Origin: Paraspadella gotoi
Taxonomy: Eukaryota; Animalia; Chaetognatha
Length of the DNA: 64,000 nt
Reading direction: 5' to 3'
NCBI GenBank assembly: GCA_051294375.1
Contig: CM119265.1
Span: forward strand, 14,918,963-14,982,962
The notes beneath the pieces were generated by a model. It was not told the origin of the DNA. It saw only the letters and a list, made by a program, of their open reading frames with translations, and did not search any database. The translations under genes were made by a program, and so were the position numbers. Shown one piece after another: positions 28,028 to 40,460 of the stretch (positions within the stretch are counted from its first letter, which is position 1; every line of letters begins with the position of its first letter).

Positions 28028-28179
28028 ATGGCATTTTTTTCGCTGAAGGTGTTATTATCAAGATTTCGTCTTCTTGAGAAACTGGCAAGATGCTGCAACT
28101 TAATTTTTGAAGGCGTAATTTATGAAAAGATAAAAAAGTGGGTGTTAATACAACAGGTTTTTTCTATCATTTAAAAAAT

Positions 28180-28880
28180 TGTTCATAGCATCGACGACAA
28201 CAACATACAAATCAACCAGACGATCCCTACGTTTTCTTTCGTTCGTTTCTCGCTCTCCTGGACGAGTCGTTACCGGGGCTTACCTTAATGCCTTAGGTGC
28301 TTACTTGAACAGCGTTCTCGTGTCCAGAAGGGTAAATAGGAAAATTTGTGGGTTATATCCAACTTTTGATCATAGGACGACATTCCACCGATATATCGGA
28401 GGGTGATTTTTTTTTATCCTTGATTCGTTCCGATATTCCAATTTTTGCAACAAACGAATATTCATCATGCTCTTAAGGCTCCACCACAGAACAAGATAGA
28501 CACTCCTTTTTTTTTCTTGATCCCTCAACGAGATACATAGGAGAACAGGACATGCATGAGTGACTTTTCTTCTTAGAAGAAGAGCGTGTTGGAGGTCGAA
28601 AGAAGCCACCGATGCCTCAATCATTTAAGAACAGATTCTTTACTACTATGAGACGTCTTTTTTGCGTACATCGTCCTTAAGGGTGGTCTCAAGATTGATA
28701 GCGGATTTTAGGCGGTCTTTCGCTAATCGACACCAGAAATTTTCAATAAAGCTCATTCGTTAAATCAAAAGTGCTGGGTAAATGAATCTCGAAGTACGTT
28801 TGCGAAAGACCGCATGATAATTCAATCCCCCAGGATTTTATGTATCTTAGATCCGTGCAGGATTTGCAGAAAGACTCATT
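28180..28880 (-). pseudogene. Exon-like frameshifted coding block, unknown protein
   Basis: GC-richer block with broken frames; weak resemblance to the 31066-31890 gene. Confidence 0.25.
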
Positions 28881-29225
28881 TTTTCTTAAGACAATATAAT
28901 GTTTTTAATTAACAGGGGGTATGTGGATATCTTACATTAAACAATGAACGCAATTTCAAAGTTTGTACGCCGTAATCACTTATTCTCAATATTACAAATG
29001 TTCACCTAACTATTGTTAACTTTACTATTCGACGTCCGCAACCAACTTTAGTCAGCGGTCGGTGCTTTGTCATAACATTTAATTTTGTTTTCCCTCAAGC
29101 GTTGAGTTCTTCGTTTGCACAGTACAATATACAACTTTTTATAATTATATAATAAATATAGTTTTAAATTTTATTTTATTGATATTTTTGTTAAATTGTT
29201 TTTTGATATACAACTAGTTTATTAA

Positions 29226-29377
29226 GAAACATAAATTTCGGACTTCAATGTAAGCCTTCATCAGCGCAAAACGAATTGACTTGTTAAACAAATATTTTTA
29301 GAGACTCTCTTCAACTTTGTGAACAAGTATTTGTTTTCACAAATCAATTCGTTTTTGCGCTTATGAAGGCTTGCATT
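29226..29377 (-). repeat. Inverted-repeat element with degenerate hammerhead motif
   Basis: Minus strand CTGATGA-AGGCTT-acattg-AAGTCC-GAAA; arms ~29247-29297 and ~29325-29377. Confidence 0.45.
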
Positions 29378-29746
29378 AAGGGATGAACTGAGGCAAATAT
29401 TTTTTCTTAAATAGGTAATAGACAATTTTTTGGTTTACCTAGTAGTTAACTGAATAAAAGTTGGCAATTTTTAATTGAGGAAAGGATCTTTAAAACTAAG
29501 ATATAACTGATAAACTTATGATCTAATTTGCTTTAAAAGAGAAATGTTATCTTTAATAATTTGAAGCCAAATGATATTAATTTAAATATTGTATTCTATT
29601 GTAGTCTAACCTTGAGTTGCTCCCTCTATTTCCAGAAGACAACACTGACCTCCTTCTCCCAAAATGAGTTATTAGATATAATAAGCAAATAATATTTTTA
29701 AAAAGTGATATATTATGGTGGACTAAAATCCACCAACCGTTCATCA

Positions 29747-29818
29747 GCGGCCATTGGTGCCGGAGGCAAGTCATTCGCTTCCCAACCCAAAGGTCCGGGA
29801 TTTTAGCCCGGTGGCCGC
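29747..29818 (+). promoter_or_regulatory. tRNA-Gly(CCC)-like module in the LTR (internal Pol III A/B boxes)
   Basis: 72 nt; acceptor stem GCGGCCA/TGGCCGC; TGGTGCCGGAGG A box; T arm CCGGG..CCCGG (GGTTCTAGCCC in other copies); CCC loop with broken anticodon stem. Confidence 0.75.
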
Positions 29819-29821
29819 CTA

Positions 29822-29895
29822 GCAGTTAAGAGGGACGGGGCGCTTAACCCGCCTGTAACATGGTGTTACAGCCTGATCCGAAGCTCAGTGACTGC
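29822..29895 (+). ncRNA. Putative type-P5 twister ribozyme (predicted cut 29845/29846)
   Basis: Core nucleotides and both pseudoknots intact. Confidence 0.75.
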
Positions 29896-31065
29896 TTATA
29901 TTGAACGGTTCTGTCACTAACACATAACAATAATTACTGTCTCTTCAATATATATAATTAAATAGTATAGTTTAAAGAGTAAAACATTCATAAAATATAA
30001 AAATATAAGATAGTGAAACAAGTAATTTTGCAAATTTTCATATAAAATTAAAAAAATAACAAAATAGGATATTTTTTGGTATTAATTTTTAAACAAGATT
30101 GAAATTCAATTAGTTTTAGCCCAAATATTTTTAATGAAAGATAAAATAATTTTCTAAAAAAAATTAATAGCTAAAAATATGTTTGGTGTTTGGTGACAGG
30201 GGTTGGAGTCTATTATATAGTTGTTTTTAATTAAGATAAACATTTTTCAGTATGTTCAAGAATGTCATTTTTTACTTTTAGTTAAAGTCTTTGTTAATGA
30301 TGAAAAAATAGGAGAATATTTTTAGATTTTTTTTATTTGAAAATCATATCCATAGGATATTTACTTTCCATATCGAGCTCAAATTTATTAATATAATCAG
30401 CTAGGGAGGTATTGAGTAATCCATATCATATTCTGCAAAGAATTCTAATGAGCTTCAATATTCTAAATAAGATACAAAAACATTTTTGGACGACTTGAGT
30501 CTTGTGTACATTTTTACATCATCTTTGATCAAGGTTTTAATCTTGTCAATCATATCAGGATACAACTGAATACTTAAATTGCAAATCTCTTTAAATGTAT
30601 GCATCCTTATTGTTATTACTAATTTTTTTATTATCGGTTAATTTTTTTATTTATCAATGAATTAATTTTCTTTAATAATTTTATTAGTTATGGGTCTGGT
30701 AGTAGCCAAGTAGTTTACATACTTCATGCTGATTTTCATATTTCATACCATCTGGGAAAAGTATTTTTGGGCTTAAAATATAGTAATAACAAATTGAAAA
30801 TATAGTTGATAACGAAATTAAAACAATAAAAGAAAAAATATATTGTTTTATTTATCTTTAAAAATAAATATAAGCAAAATATTTTGATTCAGAAATTGCC
30901 TATCTTAATCAGGAAAATTCATTTCTTTACCTAGGAAATTTCAGTAACACTTTGCTCAGTTAATCAGGCAAAATATTACCGAAGTTCACCCCTTATTTCT
31001 TAAGCGTTTTAAATTTTTTTGATGTTCAAAGACATGTTAAAATATAACTTATATCTGTTAGTATA

Positions 31066-31890
31066 TTAAGCAACAACGTTCCAAACACGTATATCTCCAA
31101 ACACAAGAGTAAACTCGCTTACCGATTCTTTCATAGTCGTCAAATCGTCTGTTTCTGAAGGTTTTCTCTTCTGTGAAACGTCGACTCGGCTTAATTTTTT
31201 GCCTTTTTTGTTATGACAATCGAAGTAAGGGCCTTGGCTAGAAGTGGTACGCGAATCAATGCGACCAGTGGCAATTGTGCCGCAAATCTTTTTCGGATTT
31301 TTTTTAATCCAACAGCGAATATAGTTGTTATGCTTGTAATAGAGCAACAGGCCCATGTCGTCGAGATGAGCAGGATCTTTATTGTATTCCATGAGTCGAT
31401 TCCTCATGAAGTTACAAGTTTGGTTGGTCTTTTTACGAATGAGGAAACTGAGGAAATACGTAATGATAGAGACGAAATTTCCACCGACACCGAGTCATTA
31501 ATTGATGGAGATTTACAGGACATTTTACCTTTCATCCTTCAATATCGGTTCCACATCAAAGTTCATTTTCTTGCCGTAGATAAGTTTAGCCGCCTTGAAC
31601 CTGTAAGCTAGGTTTCCCTGGATGCTGGATTTTTCGATCTCGTCGCCAACAACATTAATTTTGGTAGTCGTGGAAGCATTTCCGCCCCACGAATGACGCG
31701 GGGCTTCCGGGGCCGGAAGGTGGATAGTGAGCTTTTTGCCATTAAGAAAATCGCGCCATCCATCGAGGAGACCTGTATCACAGAGCGAACGTTCCCACAG
31801 TCCCTTGGGTTCTGTTTTTGACGAGCGTTTTAGCTTTCTAAATCTATCAGAAAGTTTCTTGCTTTTTAAGCTCATTCTCTCTGTATCCAA
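31066..31890 (-). CDS. Unknown basic protein, probably 2 exons (intron ~31528-31448)
   Basis: 121-aa and 113-aa ORFs joinable via GTAAAA...TTTCCTCAG. Confidence 0.45.
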
Positions 31891-33072
31891 CTTGACAGAA
31901 ATGACTTTGGAATGATCAAATCATAGAAATATGATGAAGAAATATGTCATTGTGTGCACTGGATATTGGATAGTTGTATTTAGATTAATTAATTTAATTC
32001 AAGCTACTAAGTCGTTTCATTTTTATAAATATATCTTTGGCATGCATGTGGTAATTGGTGAAAGATTTTCAATAATTTGACTTATAAGCTTTTAACAAAA
32101 CATTTTTATCACAAAATGAACCAAAAATGTTATGATTTAGAATTAATAGCGGCTTTCGACGTATGAGTATACTATGAGTAAGTACAAAAATCTGCTTTCA
32201 ATCATGGTAAAAAAAGAAAATCTTTACAGTTTTCATTAACTTAAAAAATTTAACTATATATTAAAAAAGTGCGTATCTCGAACCTACTGGAGCCATGTGA
32301 AGTAATATTTCATTGCTTATAAAATGGTTCCGAATAGACTAATCAACTTAATTTGTTGTAATTTGATATGCACGATTCCTGTGGCCTATGGGAATACAAA
32401 TAGAACTATCGAGGCAAATTTCAATATTTGTTGACCCATGATATAGGGATATAGGGACAAAAATAAACAAAATTTTAGCCCTCGGGTCCTATATCTCCTC
32501 TAAAGAGGTTGAATATCGAAAATCACCTCAAGAGTTCTATTTTATAAAATTCCATCCGGGTGTTTGGTGGGAACCGTGTTTAGTAAAAAAAAAATTCGAT
32601 ATCATTTTAAAATCTGAAGCTTTATTATGAAAATTTGTAAAATTACTTGTTTAGCTATTTTCTATTTTTCTATTTTAAAATATTACTGTTCAATACATAT
32701 TTAATCTATATGATTTAATTATACATATATTATTTTTATCTTTATATCTTATCTTTATATAAAATATTTTATTTATTTGATATATCTGCAACTTTTTTAG
32801 TGTAAAATAGTTTTTTCCGCCGTTTCTCACGGTTTTCTAGATTTTTTGATTGACGGTTTTTGTCTCAAAAAAAGAAAGGAATCAAAATTTAAAGCTAATT
32901 CGTAATTGTAATTGGGCGTAAAATGAAAGCAGAATTTAAAGCGGGTGATGAGTTTTGGTCAGAGAAATCCTACAATTACTTTTAAAAGCTGAAAGCTACT
33001 ATCTAGGAAAAAGTATATCACATAATTCATTTATTCAATAAAAAGTATACAAAACATGGGCAAAACATTCTC

Positions 33073-33290
33073 AATATTTGGTATACCCTTCCTCGGCATC
33101 GACTACTGCTTGCATTCATCTGGGTATGCTCTTATAAAGCAAATTGAGATATGACAGTTAAATGTTTTTGACATCTTTAACGCAATTCTTTTCTGCCCTG
33201 ATGTTAATGTTGCGCATCTTTCCCTCTTTTCCGAGAGCTATAATAATACTTTTTTGAACCAGAAAGAGTTGCAAGGCCTTTAGAATTGCC
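33073..33290 (-). mobile_element. Tc1/mariner transposase C-terminal remnant (also ~53543-53770, ~57510-57560)
   Basis: Translates to ...MQAVVDAEEGYTKY*, matching the Tc1 C-terminal pattern R.QAVI.A.GG.TKY*. Confidence 0.6.
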
Positions 33291-33324
33291 AAATGAAAAA
33301 AAAATATTTAAAAAAATCACTAAC

Positions 33325-34050
33325 TTTATTAGTCGGATCTGCTTTCAGCAGATCTCGACTCTATAATTAACTTTGTCGGTCCGTCGGTCCGCCCTCTCAA
33401 TCTTGTTGGGCATTCACTTATATCATGTCAGAACATCGAATTATGATAAATTATGCAAAAAAAACCATGTCCGTCCATCCCACCTTAGCAAAAAACACCA
33501 ATTACTCGTGATTGGATGGATGGATTGGAATGAAATTTTGTGTGTGGGTAGGGAAGTGTGTGATTGAGCTGGATATGGAGTTTGAGTGGAAATGAGTTTA
33601 AATGGAAAAAACAAAAATATAATTTCACTATTTGAACACCAATTACTCAGAGTGGATGGGGCGATTGACTTGAAATTTTGTATTTGGGAAAAAGTGTGTG
33701 ATTAAACTGGAAATCAAGTTTCGATGGAATCGTTTGAGTGGAAATGAGTTTAAATGGAAAAAAAAAGAACCGTTTCACTATTGATTATGCTTCTTTTTCT
33801 TTTAAATGTAAATGCAAGATGTATTAATTAATAATAATTAATTAGTTAATTAATCAATTAGTCAATTAATAATCAATAATTAATTAATCAGTTAATTAAT
33901 CAATCAAAACAAACATTTTGGATCAAATTAATTGCATAATTAATTAAATAATTAACTTGAATAAATTAATTATTAATTAATAAAATAATTAATTATTAAT
34001 AATAATAATAATAATGATGTGGGCAGATCCGACATTGTTTGCTCAAACTT
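33325..34050 (+). mobile_element. HINE-like family A, complete copy
   Basis: 5' GTCGGATCTGC with adjacent inverted copy, GTCC repeats, 3' GCAGATCCGAC plus hairpin GTTTGCTCAAAC. Confidence 0.6.
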
Positions 34051-34308
34051 GTTCAAAATAAAAACAAATAACTAAATACCAAAAATGGTAGAAAACTAAA
34101 TAAATTTTTTTCGCCATTTTTCATTTGAAGTAACAATATTTTTTTGCCTGTAACTCCTAAACGATTTGACCTACAAAAAAATAAAGAGCTAGAAGATTCA
34201 ATGTTATTCGTAAACATTCTTTTTTTTTTTAAACAAATAAGTTTTCGAGTATATATCTTTTATTAAAAATGTGATATACTTTTTTCCTAAGATAGTAAAT
34301 GAAAGGTT

Positions 34309-35330
34309 TCACTTCTCTTCCGGACGGAGACATGGCTCAGCGACCTTCCTCATGATCCAGTCCTCGTACCTCCGGAGTAATGTCTCGCCTTGACAAAGCC
34401 GAGTCGATGCGCGATTTCGACTGCCGAGCCGCTTTTCACGTGATTTATGCTGTGAGATACGTGTCAGTTTATTTCCCAAATTCTGTACAGATTTCGCCAG
34501 CTTAAAAGCCTCGAAAATCATCAACATATATAAGTAAAAAAAATAAAAAAATAGAACGTTTAAAATAACTAAATTAAAATTGTACTGAACAATATGAAAT
34601 TGGTACAACCAATATAAAAATTATCCATTCATTTAATAAATAAGCTATCTTGCCCCTGACTTTGGACAGGCATTCTATAATGCTTATAAGTGCTTTATAA
34701 GGTTTTTAAGTATTGGCCAAAACAGGACTGCTGTTTTTCCAAATGTATAGTATTACCCTGTCTAATACTCGCCTGTAGAACACGAGATGATCATGATGTT
34801 TTTCCGGTTTGGGAAATCCGTACTTACGATCAAATTCTTCGCAATCAGCAAGCAGCGCCGACTTCAGCTCACTTAAGGGGAGGTTGACGGAACTTGGGAT
34901 CATCCCGTCGCGTTCCACGTCACGCTTTTCGCGGACGTCAATAAGCCATAAAGGCGAGTTTAAGTCGAACAATTCAATCAAGGCGTCGAAAGTTACATCG
35001 CATCGATTCGTGCGGGGCTGGAGAAAAAAGGTTTCCGAGAGTTTCTGGTCCATTAGCATTACTACAATGACAATTGATAAATCGACCTAATCTTCCTCAA
35101 TCTTCAGCCTTCACCCTCCATGCACTGTTCAGCGTTCACACTTAATCTAACATGCGTTACCCGCGACCGGTTCGTTTATTCTAAGGCCAAACCTTCTGTT
35201 TTCGGCTTTGATTATCGTAGCTCAGAGAGTCAACACTGAGGTTATAGGATTCTTTGGTCAAGTTTGACTTTCGGGGAAAGAGAACTTCTAATCGAGACGT
35301 CGATGCACGAGACCACAACTTGCGGATCAT
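34309..35330 (-). CDS. Single-domain rhodanese (TSTD1/TSTD3-like) lacking the catalytic Cys
   Basis: LIDVRE..E...GMIPSSVNLPL..F.RKYGFPKP..LVFY, spliced (GC donor 34772, acceptor 34450) to SINHVKSGSAVEIAHRLGFVKARHYSGG(Y)EDW; 5' exon uncertain. Confidence 0.75.
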
Positions 35331-35570
35331 TCCATAAAAAATTCCTAAAAAATTACTCGAAACCAATGAAAAATAATCAGAGTTAAAAATCACAAAGCAA
35401 ACCGAATTTGGCAACTGGATCATGAACGTAGTTCGAAAGATCATCGATTATAACTTGGAAAACTTGATAACCAAGTTTGCATCTACGTACTAAGTCAGAG
35501 TTAGGCAAACCAAAAAAATTCCCCTCCGGGATCTAGAAAACTTGGCGTTAAAAAGGCTACGTCCAATCCT

Positions 35571-36318
35571 TCACTTCCAGTCTATTGCTCCGTCGTTTTC
35601 GTCGGCGTGACGATAACGTACGACGGCGCGACAGCGTACGCAACGACAGCCACAACCGCAGAGCCGCATCCACACTTGAAGGCCCTTGCCTTTGCAAAGG
35701 CAAGCGTCGAAATCGGCGCTTGTCCTAGGTCGATTCTGAAAAGTGATTGCAGCGTCTGGGTTAATACAGGCGTCTCGCCTTCGATTCTTCCCCGAAACTT
35801 GCTCGATGCCTTACCTTAACGTACTCGGCAAACCGTTCGTCGTCATTGCAATCTCCCTTGACCATATTTTCTCTCTGAAAAACCGTTGTTAGATGACGAT
35901 AAGTGTCGACGGTCTTAGCATCTTCAGTTTTTACGGCTACGGGTTGGTTCGCTTCTAAGGCAAGAGATTTAGCGCAAGGATCATTGTGTATTGCCGTTGG
36001 AACCGCGGGATCGACGAGACTTCCAGTCTGGTGGAAGGGAGCCGCGTTAACTCCCGTTTGACCCACGACGCTGTTGCTCTGGCGAACTACTTGAATCTCG
36101 TGACAAGTTTGAGGATATCTGTAATCTTGAACTACGTACTCTACCAAATCCGGACCCTGCCAAAAAGTAAATTTTTATAATCGGAAATAAAATCCTCCCA
36201 CTTTTCTTTACTTTTCGCATCTTTGACGGTTAACTTTTTGAATGATCTGTTTATAAATGTCAAAACCAAATCCCCAACCCCCTACTGCCGAGAAGAAACT
36301 TACGTGGAGATTCGTCAT
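35571..36318 (-). CDS. Unknown 3-exon gene with Cys-rich C terminus
   Basis: MTNLH|GPDLVEYVV...FAEYVK|NRPRTSADFDACLCKGKGLQVWMRLCGCGCRCVRC..., canonical in-frame GT-AG introns. Confidence 0.5.
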
Positions 36319-39300
36319 CGGACTCTTATTCGTTTTGAATGTTAATTTGTTTACAAATAAAAAATTAAATTAAAACACTACCCCTAACCCCTTTCTACTA
36401 ACTTCCCTCGCCCAGCCCACTTCCTTATCTGCTACCCCTATTACCCTTAGCCCCTTAACCATGGGCTGGGCCAAAACGAGTACACTGTACTGGGTACTGG
36501 GTAGGTTCCAGACTCGCAAATAGAATTAAGCCTTTGTGCAATACAAGATAAAAATATTCTAACAGGACAGTTCGCATAAAAAATACCTGGTCTTTCGGTG
36601 GACTTTTCTTCATATTTAAAAATTCGCGGAGGTCAACTGTAATAAAAGTTATACTTTTAGAGTTACGCAAGAGCAACAATTTTAAGAACTTGTTAAACAA
36701 GTACAAAGTATGTTCCCGCTGAGTTTCCGGAACATCAGGCGTGTTTGAAACATTAGGATTCATTCGCAGTTAAAATCGATCGATCGATCGACCGACCGAA
36801 AAGGACTTAGTTGCTTGAGTTGCAAGCGTCGCTAGAGTTCTCATGGCGTAACGACAAATTTGTATACATTATGATAATTTACATATCTAATACTTGTGTT
36901 TGAACTGACGTTTAAATATTAACCAAATTTTCAAATTTCTTAATACCTTTATCTGGATATCCATCAACAAAAGTGCGAAGACTCAATGCTTGCGTCTGCT
37001 CTGTCATATTAGCTGAGAGGATATTGGAGGAGGTGCAATTGAATGCGACCACTGCCGGGTTACATGATCTGAAACGAACATTACATATTGTATAATATAA
37101 TGTATAGCTTAAATATTAATTCGTATGAGAGGCAAAGAGTTTTGTTTTTCCATTTAATCGCATTTCAACTCGCACGATTCCATAGAAACTATTTCTAACT
37201 TAATCATCCCTTTTCCTACCCAGACATAATTTCAACTTAATCCAAACATCCAATCTCGAGCAATTTGAGCTTAAAGTTAAGGGGGGGGGGACGGACGGAC
37301 AGATATACATTTTCTTTAAAAAAAAATGACGATGGGTCCACCTATAAATGAATTATAGTCAGACCAGTTCAGCAATTAACATATCCGACTCAAAAAGGCA
37401 AAAACGAATGAAGGACTAATCTAATTTTGTTCCCGATTACTAAGAAATACCGGCGTGAATTTATTTTTCGCTTTTGTTTCCATTGTTCAGTAGCTCCTTT
37501 GTTCGTAGGGTAACGGATTGGACTTCTTTCGCGCCAGCCATACATGATTAATATGTCAATTCTAAAATAAAAAAAATTACCATAAATGTTAAAAAATGTG
37601 AGCAATAAACGAAATGTCAATAGCTTTATAAAAATCGTTGCTATTAAGAATGTATCTCAAATATCAAATTGACGCAGGAAATGCAATCCCTAAATATAAC
37701 AACTATTTATAGCCAAATATAATCGATATAACATGTAACATATAAGACATCCGATCAACAGTTACGTACCACAGTCCTTTTAACAAAAATAATCTTTTGT
37801 TTAATTGTTAGAGCATCATCTGACGGGATAACCGAAAAATCTTTCAAAAAGAGCATCAAATTTATCTAACAAAGCATTAACGTTTCGTGATTATTACTAT
37901 TAGCAATTCAATTACAAATTAATAAATCTTAAATTTTTAAATTTTAAATAGCATAATTTTATTTAAAATTTTCTTGGCATATATGATTGCCGGCATTCCT
38001 GGAGATCAATGCCCTCTGGAGGCCTATCGGAAAACGAAGAGCAAGGTTTTTCTTAAAGAATTAACGGAAAAAAGAAGAGGAACGAAATGGAACGGAAGAA
38101 GATAATGTTTTGGGAAAAAAAATAAAGGAATTCAGATATCATAATTTTTTTAAATATTTTTTATTATTGTTATATAAAATTGGTACTACCAATATACATT
38201 TGGGTAAAAATTAAGGTTACAATAAATTATGGTTAAGAATAAATTAAGAATAAGTGTAAGTTAACTAAAAAAATAAATTAAGGTTAAAAATAAATTTAAT
38301 AAAATTCCACTTGTACGATGGAATCGTACGAGTGGAAATGAATTTAAATAAAAAAAACACAAAAATATATTTCACTGTTTAAACGCCAATTATTCATGAG
38401 TGGATGGGGCAAATGATTTGATAAGAAAGTATGTGATTAAGCTGGAAATCAACTTTCAATGGAATCGTTTGAGAGGAAATGAATTAAAATTGGAAAAACA
38501 TAAATCACATTTACTAAAATTTTTTTAATAATTTTAACCCATAATTACTCAAATTAATTATAATTGGATGGATACATTAAGATGAATTTTTTTGTGGGTA
38601 AGAAAGTGTGTGACGAAGCTGGATATAAAGTTTCGAAGGAATTATACAAATAGAAATGAGTTTAAATGATAAAAACCTAAGTCACATTTACATAAATCTT
38701 TTTACTAATTTTAACCCATAATTACTCGAATTAATCTTAATTGGATGGATGGATTGAGATGAAATTTTGTGTGGGTAGGAAAATGTATGATTGAGCAGAT
38801 GTAAAGTTTTGATGGAATCTCGGAATGGAAATGAGTTTGCATGGAAAAAAACTAAATCAAGTTAATTTTAATATTTATTATTTATGCTTTAATTAATGTG
38901 CTTTAATTAATGTTTTAATGAGTTAAATAATTAATTAAAATGAAAAAATTATGAAATTTGAAAAAATGATGTTAACTGAAAAAAAGATATAAGTTAAAAA
39001 ATGATGCAAAATAAAAAAATGAAGCAAGTTTAAAAAATGATGCAAGTGGAAAATGTAATGCAAATTGAAAATATAATAATAGTTAAAAAAATTATTTATA
39101 CTTTATTTATAATTATTTCTACCATAGTAACAGTTCAGTTTAATCCGTTGCAAGCGATTTACATGTATTGGCGCAGCCATTGGTTTGGAATAGTAGTATA
39201 GTACTATCTGTTTTGATCAGTTAGCATCACAAATTGAAAGAATTATCGGGATTTATCATCGGATTAGCTGATTACCGCTAAATTATCGTAAACAGATCCG

Positions 39301-39404
39301 ACATTGTTTGCTCAAACTTGTTAGTTGCGCCTCGAGTACTCGCGGAACAACTAAGTCACTTTTCGGTCGGTCTGTCGGTATATCTGTCCATCCGACTTAT
39401 AACG

Positions 39405-40460
39405 CTTATATTTGTATTTGCATTTATTCATACAGCGGGTCCGAGGACCATGGGCCACAGTGGTTTTACAAAAACACAAAGCAGATAACAGAGATACAAG
39501 CAGTAATACAATAAGTATGACATTAGAAAATTAGATTTCCAGGAACTCAGTAAATTTAAGCAATGAATAAATTTTTCCTAATAGAAAAAAGGCCAATTCT
39601 ACAAAAAAACAAAAAACTAGTTTCAAATATTAACGGAATATTACTTAAAAAGGCAATCGGACTAATGTGATTTCCCAAATGGTATTTATTAATATCTTTG
39701 ATATACTCCGGAACGAGCGGAGACGAGTTCATTAAACTAACAAATTGGGAATGTGCTCGTCTGAATATTCTTAATCGTAAGTCTCGTAAGCCTAATGAAT
39801 CTAAAACTATTTTATTAGACATTTTTCGGTTTTGTAATACATTTTAAAAATTTATTTTCTATTGATTCAATTTTTAACCACTTTCCATTAGACCTAGAAC
39901 AGAAACATGACATACTATATTCAAGTAATGATATCGCAAAGACTTGATACAATTCTAACATTAAGTTTATATCTAAATGATTATATTTAAATTTCAACTT
40001 TCGAAGCACGCCACAACGTTGTCGCATTTTCTTTTCTATAGTTTCTAAATGTTTACTCCATGTCATTTTATCATCAAAAGTTACGCCCAAAAAAACCGCT
40101 TCCCTTATTGTTTTATTCCCACCCCAAATAATTCTAAATTTAGGGATCTAAGTTACGCCTTCGTCTTTAAAAAATTATTAACTGACACTTCTCCGGCGCC
40201 AGTTTAAGTCTCCACTTACTACACCACCTCTGAATCGCATCTAATGTCCTTTTCATTTCAAATTGACACAACTCCAGAGAACTCTCAGTTACCCAATTAG
40301 CTGTATCGTCGGCAAATTGGCTGTTCCGAACAATCTTAAGGACTCCTTCGGTTATACTAAAGACATATATTGAAAAAATGTCCGGCGAAAGAATACCACC
40401 CTGTGGACATCCACACGCTTATAACTTGCCTATAGTTTGTTGCTCATTTGTTAAAAATTA
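39405..40460 (-). mobile_element. 5'-truncated non-LTR retrotransposon (LINE) reverse transcriptase fragment
   Basis: GCPQGGILSP (~40380-40410), QFADDTA (~40300-40320), GVTFDDKMTWSKHL, LLEYS; tail AATAAATGCAAATACAAAT. Confidence 0.85.

Larger units (their letters stand above)
29714..29947 (+). mobile_element. Solo LTR of the tRNA/twister element
   Basis: TATGG...CTCTTCA; TSD ATAT (29710-29713, 29948-29951). Confidence 0.9.

Noticed and set aside
29714-29947. Reading the 234-bp repeat as an ordinary tRNA SINE or as a Helentron/HINE
   Set aside because: Fixed ends, constant 4-bp TSDs, conserved sequence upstream of the tRNA head, no tail, and paired copies around a PBS/PPT all indicate an LTR.
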